64,000 nucleotides of DNA from Babesia bigemina (lineage: Eukaryota), in NCBI RefSeq assembly GCF_000981445.1, contig NC_027216.1, positions 2,046,001 through 2,110,000 on the forward strand, in the 5' to 3' direction. The stretch's first letter is position 1; every line of letters starts with the position of its first letter. A program made the translations under genes and the position numbers. The notes beneath the pieces were generated by a model. It had not been told where the DNA came from and did not search any database. It was given only the letters and a program-made list of their open reading frames with translations. Shown piece by piece: positions 58,457 to 64,000 of the stretch.

Positions 58457-59692
58457 ATGTTATGCCATTTGCACATTCGGCGGTGCTGGTGGCGTTTTCT
58501 GCCATATAAAAATGAGTCATCCGGGGTACTGATACACCGAGAGGCGCCCGGTTGCTTCCGCTCCCATCTGCTGGGTGAATATCGCAATATCTCGTCAGCC
58601 GCCAAACGACCGGCTTCTGTGAATGGACACCGCCGGACAATCGAGAGGAATCTGTCGACACAGAGTCAACGATCTCCCGTGACACAGGGATCGAGCTGTC
58701 CAACGGAAGATAACAGTGAAAGGTGGTCTGCCTATGAGGAACATATCGCACGATGCGCTTCGGAAGCCGCGATCGAATACGTCCGGCGGCACAAGCTTGG
58801 ACCTCACTGTGCTCCTGGAGGCGGGTCGCGTTGGACTCCGGTGGCACTGGTGCTATTGGTCGTGTGCGCTGGAGTTGCGACAGTGGTGTACGTGGAGAGC
58901 GTGAGGTCTTCGCTCCTTGACGCTACAGGTAACGCGGCTGGCGTGCTACTGCACAACCGGGCGTTTCACGACCAGTCCATGTCCTTCCTGCGTCGGTTGG
59001 CTGAGGACTTCCTGAACAGCGCGGAGACTGAGGAGCTGCTGAAGTGCAAGGTGGAGCAGCTGCTCTTGAGCTCCGGTGAAGTTCTGCGTAATACCGTGGT
59101 CGATATATTGCAACAGGACGAGGTCACTAAGACAGCGTATTCCTTCAGTCGCCAGATAACAGAAGACCTTTGCAAGGACGGAGAGGTCATTGAGTATGTA
59201 GGACAGCTGCTGTTGGACGCCATCAATACAAAGACAGCAGTGGATGGCGCTGCGAAGTGGTTCTCGGATATCGCGGCACGCGAAGACACTGTTGAGACCA
59301 TCGAGCGTCTGCTGTGCGAGCGTGTCTTGTCGAACGCCACCGTGCATGCGGAGGCCCTCAACCTGGTAAGTCGCCCAGAACGCCCGTATCATCCATGTTC
59401 AGTGCAAGTCTGTGACTTCGCAGTTCCTGAGCGCGGAGTCGACGAAGCGGGAGTCAGTCGCGTTCATCAAGTCCGTCCTGGACCGCCCGTCGCTTCACGC
59501 CCACCTGTCGCAAGCGCTCATCGAGGTGCTCAAGCAGAGCTTCTACCCGCGCTGGTTGGTTTTTATAACTGGGGAATTTAATGGTGTCGCAGGTTTGTGG
59601 GTCAGGGCAATTTCCAGTTGAAACGCTTTGATGCTAGTGTCGACGGTGACGGAGTTCAGTCGCCTAAGGAATCGGTGCCTCGCTTTATATAA
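58457..59692 (+). CDS. Hypothetical single-pass membrane protein (predicted introns 59366-59402 and 59555-59592)
   Basis: Long ORF with TM VALVLLVVCAGVATVVYV and a helical domain; GT-AG introns restore the frame. Its 3' end lies inside the inverted repeat. Confidence 0.7.
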
Positions 59693-60487
59693 CCGACGGT
59701 GGTTAGGTCGGGCACAAATGAAGTCATCGGACTCTTTATTAATATTAGCGTGCAACTTGTATAGATGTTTCCGCGGTTTCATATACTAGTGGCTTGTATG
59801 TGAAAGGGAGTGCGTGTCGCTGATCTCACGACGCACGTCCTGTCTATTGTGCCATCCTGCTGCAACAGTTGTCGTGGTTAGAATGACTTAATGATTACAC
59901 TGCACTGACATGTGAAGATATCGTAGATCAGATGAGGTATACAGTTATTTGGTTGCAAAATCGGCGGATATGGATAACACCAATGCCCAGATGGGAATGA
60001 ATTGGGCAATGTGATAATAACGTTACTTTACCTCATAGATGTAAAAGCTAACACCAAATAAGAACGCTAATAGTATAGCGTTATTACATAACATCATTAT
60101 CGAGAACACGGGGATACAGGCCAGTAGAAGTTAGGATGATCCGGTGTAGGATTGTAAAGGGAGTAGATCCAACCTGCAGACACTTATCGAGGCGGTTCCC
60201 TATAGTATGAGAAACGTGAAACCCTGGGATTGTTGCGACTGCAAACGACCCTCGAGCCCGAACTGGTTGGATAACATCAGTTAGATCAGAGACAGCACAA
60301 GGTGAACCCAGCAGCCTACGCCAACACCGTGCGGAAGTAGCCAGAAGGACAATATGTGCGTAAAGTGGAAGCTTGAAGACACGAAGTATTTCAGGGTAGC
60401 ACTCAAACTTTGAAGAGGAGGCATGAAATGATGATTGACGCTACTACATTGACATGCCTTTGTTGCGATATTAAAGCTTTACGTGTT

Positions 60488-61399
60488 CTACGACAAGCCA
60501 ACGTATGGCATTGGACGGATGGCGGAGTAGCGGTCAGTGCTACTCTGCTCGGGGATTTTGTCACCGACGAGATTATTTGTGTATGCGCTAGAATGCTTGG
60601 GTGCTCTGGAAGAAGAACCACGTAGTTCATAAAACACCTTGCGAATTATATCGCGGTACTTGCACCAGACAATTATAAGTACCATTGCGATTGCAAGCGG
60701 GACAACTACTAGAGTGCCCTGATGAATATACGAGTCTTGAGAGCACAATTTGCCACACAGGTCGCATTTAATGACGCAATTGCCATACTCGTCAGGTACG
60801 CCGCGGATACATCTGCACTTGTTATCGTATTTGCTCTTGTAGCATGTACAACCGCTGTTACTGTTTTTAGGTTCGCAAGTGCAGTTATCCACGTATTCAG
60901 GACGCCCCTCGTCATTATATGTCCCATGTCCTTTGCATTTTTTGTTGCCCTCTCCACTGTAACATTTCCCGAGTACGAAGCCGTCGCAAGTGCCTTTACG
61001 CTTACACTTGCCAGGATTGCACCAGTAACAGCAGGCACAGAGGAATCCGTTACATTGCGTTCCGCAGTCGCATTGATAGCATATACACCTTTCGGATTTT
61101 GCGCATTTTGTCTCGCAGCGCTTGCAACCCTTTGTTTGGTTTTTTTTCTTACAGCTCGCTTCACCGAAACCATCTTTATAGCAATTAGTCGGACAACCAC
61201 AGCAAAGATTCAAACATCTACATTTCTGTCCTTTCTCACAATGTTCCTTGCAGTCCTTACATCCGGGGCTACAGCAAGCCATGCATGTCGTACAAGTGGA
61301 ATCAGCGCAGAGCTCGTTTTCACCTTTACATGATAATATAAAGCATACACAATCTTTGCCCTCCACCTGTCTTGCCGCCATCCTCCCCCCCGCCATCAT
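60488..61399 (-). CDS. Cys/Lys-rich membrane protein D, paralog of C
   Basis: Same Cys spacing; shared CGTQCNGFLCACCY and IKCDLCGKLCSQDSYIH blocks; near-identical TM and proximal tail. Confidence 0.85.
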   Translation of the reverse strand: MMAGGRMAARQVEGKDCVCFILSCKGENELCADSTCTTCMACCSPGCKDCKEHCEKGQKCRCLNLCCGCPTNCYKDGFGEASCKKKNQTKGCKRCETKCAKSERCICYQCDCGTQCNGFLCACCYWCNPGKCKRKGTCDGFVLGKCYSGEGNKKCKGHGTYNDEGRPEYVDNCTCEPKNSNSGCTCYKSKYDNKCRCIRGVPDEYGNCVIKCDLCGKLCSQDSYIHQGTLVVVPLAIAMVLIIVWCKYRDIIRKVFYELRGSSSRAPKHSSAYTNNLVGDKIPEQSSTDRYSAIRPMPYVGLS

Positions 61400-62529
61400 T
61401 AACACGCCATCCAGGGCAACGGGTAGTACATTTTAAGGTTCGCCCATAAGTGAAACATCCCAATTATACTGCGAGTTGATTCAGACGTGCAAAGCGCCGT
61501 CCATATATTGAATTTGCAAGCGCAGTCGCATATCCCGCAACGCCGTTACAACTTGAGCGTCCACAACCACGACATGCACTGGCCAGCCAAGTTTTACACG
61601 TATTTATAATTATATCTCACTCAAACATATGCCATACAAGCAGATAGTACCGATTACTACCATCATTTTCCGTTTATCACTCTATGCTTGTTCTGCAAAC
61701 TGCCGTGCTATTGGTTCACTGCCTTATCCTAACGGCAGCTAGTCTGCAATATTACAGCCTTAGTGGATATAACAACGGTTTTCGTAGAAGCCATGTAATT
61801 ACTCACTAATTACATTAGCAGATCGATCAGCGTCGTGATCATCACCATGAGCGAGATTCCACTCGTCTTCTAGCCGCCTATGACGTTTCCAGCATGAAGT
61901 TGTTGTACCTAATATATTACTCACGTTCACATATTGGATGGTACTCATTTGCCGGGATGTCTGTGGCCAAACACCATGTATCCTTGTCGACGCGACACAA
62001 CGCCGCTGACTCCAACCAATCGGTTTCAATGGCAATAAATGATCGATGAAGTCAAGCTACATAATGTGTAAAGTTGTGAGTCAGATGTGTTATGTTACGG
62101 GTGGAATCAGGTGAAATAAATAGGCAAATTTGCCAACATGCAACGATGGCAGTTGCAACTACACATATCCGTCGTAGACTGTCAAACGGTACTTTACCAA
62201 GAGATTCTGTAGTGTTTATGGTGCCATGTCCATAGTAGACGTCGTATAATGGTGCCACATCTGCAAATGTAGGCAACCATCTCATCCACTCAGCTGTAAA
62301 GCGAAGCTTAGCACTTAAGCGGCAACGGTCTGCACCTATTCACGTTTTCTACCAACTACTGTTCGGATTAGTGCTATTAACTGACAATCAATGTTGCGTA
62401 TTCTCACTTGAATGAGGCGCATTTAACCGTACAAAACTCGCTTCAACACACGCCCGCCTCTGCGCCAGTATAAACACTCAAATATTCCTAACTATACAGC
62501 AACCGTCGTGACGGATTGCAATACGAAGA

Positions 62530-62830
62530 TCACTGAACAAGTGTGCTCGATGTTTGAGGAAGTTCCTCGTCGTCGTCGAAGTAGTCGACGTCTTTGTAGA
62601 GTGAGAGCAACTTCCGGCCGTCCGTGAGTAACGCCCTGACATCGATGACGTGAGATACCTTGTAGCGCATGATGTGAGAAAGTATGTGGAGCGTGTCGAG
62701 TCTATCTAAAAAGACGTAAACTAGGTCACCTCGGTCAATCCCGTTCAACGTAAATGCTTATTCGGTATAGTTCGTGAAAATCCCGCTAACTGCCTGCCGA
62801 TGCATTATTGCGAAACATTTAATAATAGAT
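62530..62830 (-). pseudogene. Degenerate coding remnant paralogous to 4880-5188
   Basis: ...QAVSGIFTNYTE*AFTLNGIDRGD...DVDYFDDDEELPQTSSTLVQ*, with an internal stop. Confidence 0.5.
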
Positions 62831-62920
62831 TTGCAGATACGCGTTGCGCCGTTCGTCCATAACACGATTATCTATGAGATTAGACAACTTGTTGGAGTTT
62901 AAGAGTGCGATGCGTAACGT

Positions 62921-63070
62921 TTATTTTCGGGCGAAAAAATCGAGGACCCTGTGGAACGGCCGGATGCGGAAGTAGACCATGACGCAGATGACGACGATGA
63001 TGAGGGCGACGGCGGCGATGATGTAAGGGGTGGTTGCTATGGTCATTTCACTGCTCATGTGCCTGGTCAT
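62921..63070 (-). CDS. Headless type II TM-tail mini-ORF (45-49 aa)
   Basis: MTRHMSSEMTIATTPYIIAAVALIIVVICVMVYFRIRPFHRVLDFFARK*; the ATGs come from the trailer element. Too short for the supplied ORF track. Confidence 0.45.
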   Translation of the reverse strand: MTRHMSSEMTIATTPYIIAAVALIIVVICVMVYFRIRPFHRVLDFFARK

Positions 63071-63169
63071 CAACGCAATCACTACTGTCTAGAACATTAG
63101 ATGGCACTTGGCAGTTAGGTGATCGGTGGGATTTGGATGAACGATTTATGCGCTAACAAATTGCTAAGA

Positions 63170-63325
63170 TCAGCTGTAGAACGCGATGCAGAAGGGTATC
63201 TTGCGGACGAGGAAATCGCAGATGTTGCGGCCCACCGGAAAGCGGAAGATGCACAGGTCGAGCAGGATGATGGCGAAGATGATGGCAACGATGACGGCGG
63301 CGATGGCGGAGTAGGGAGGGGGATG
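63170..63325 (-). pseudogene. Headless type I TM-tail cassette
   Basis: HPPPYSAIAAVIVAIIFAIILLDLCIFRFPVGRNICDFLVRKIPFCIAFYS*, nearly identical to the tail of gene A; no start, in-frame TGA just upstream. Confidence 0.75.
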
Positions 63326-63414
63326 GTCACCTCACTGCTCACGTGATTGTTTATCAGCGCAATTATTACTCTGTCAAGCACATTGGATGTCAATTGCCAG
63401 TTAGGTGATTGTCA

Positions 63415-63861
63415 TTAGCTGCGCAGTAGATACCGCACCCTGTGGAACGGCCGTATGCGGAAGTAGATCATGACGCAGATGACGATGATGATGATGATGA
63501 TGGGAACGATGATGTAAGGGGCGGGGTTGGGGGATGGTAAATTAGAAACGATGGCAGCTGAGTCTTGATAGCCGGAGTGCTGCTGAAGAGTGGAGGGACC
63601 GGGGCCTTGGGCGGTAGTTAGTTGAGTGGTATGAAGGGAACGGTACTCGGCAGCTCGTTTCTCTAGACAACAGTAACATGAACAATAGGAAGTACACTTA
63701 ACACATCCCTTAGAGTGGCACGGCTCAAAACTTTTGCGATTTTGGGAAATCGGACGACATCTAAGACACATTCTAATGCACCCACTACAACACCAGGGAC
63801 AGCACCTGCAGTCAGGACGCTGACATTGTGGATCACATTTACACCGCTCACCCCAACTCAT
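63415..63861 (-). CDS. Cys-rich protein E (148 aa): CRCCPWCC head, TM, tail type II
   Basis: ATG after GACTGGGAGGGGAAG; CCLEKRA shared with gene B; TM IIVPIIIIIIVICVMIYF followed by RIRPFHRVR. Confidence 0.78.
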   Translation of the reverse strand: MSWGERCKCDPQCQRPDCRCCPWCCSGCIRMCLRCRPISQNRKSFEPCHSKGCVKCTSYCSCYCCLEKRAAEYRSLHTTQLTTAQGPGPSTLQQHSGYQDSAAIVSNLPSPNPAPYIIVPIIIIIIVICVMIYFRIRPFHRVRYLLRS

Positions 63862-64000
63862 CTTCCCCTCCCAGTCCCCTCAACCTGCAGACATCAATCA
63901 CCTAAGCAGCACTCACCAACTGCAACACGTACCACTGCCGCTCCCAGTCCCCTCAACCTGCAGACATATCAATCACCTAAGCAACGCACTCACCAACCCA

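Larger units (their letters stand above)
59298..63330. repeat. Right arm of the large inverted segmental duplication
   Basis: Reverse complement of ~3440-8409, with internal deletions of gene heads and a leader. Confidence 0.9.

Noticed and set aside
62721..62732. GAGGTGACCTAG (minus strand) identical to the hotspot core, inside the pseudogene
   Set aside because: No rearrangement junction here and the left paralog lacks it; treated as coincidence pending a genome-wide count.

Overview
Eukaryotic, intron-containing piroplasm DNA, most likely Babesia of the B. bigemina/B. ovata type. This rests on the apicomplexan LDH, apicoplast FNR, apicomplexan GNA1, a ves/ebh-like fragment and 32-47 nt introns; the species is an inference. 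About 51 kb of mostly housekeeping genes (MFS transporter, NAA15, PRP18, LDH, PRKRIP1-like, FNR, EGF membrane protein, GNA1, giant HECT ligase, POP4, SWC4/DMAP1, CEPT, eIF2-alpha kinase, SF1) lies between two inverted, paralogous arrays (~2.3-8.4 kb and ~59.3-64 kb) of Cys-rich, C-terminally membrane-anchored genes. Main observations: (1) two near-identical inverted 3' fragments of an RLE-type non-LTR retrotransposon, unusual for Apicomplexa; (2) modular leader/Cys-head/TM-tail/trailer cassettes in which two head deletions and one retroelement 3' junction fall at the same TGAC^C site; (3) stacked mini-intron-like units in the cassette leaders; (4) a 781-bp near-perfect identity tract inside the older inverted duplication. 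Exon boundaries and alignments were read by eye and no searches were run.
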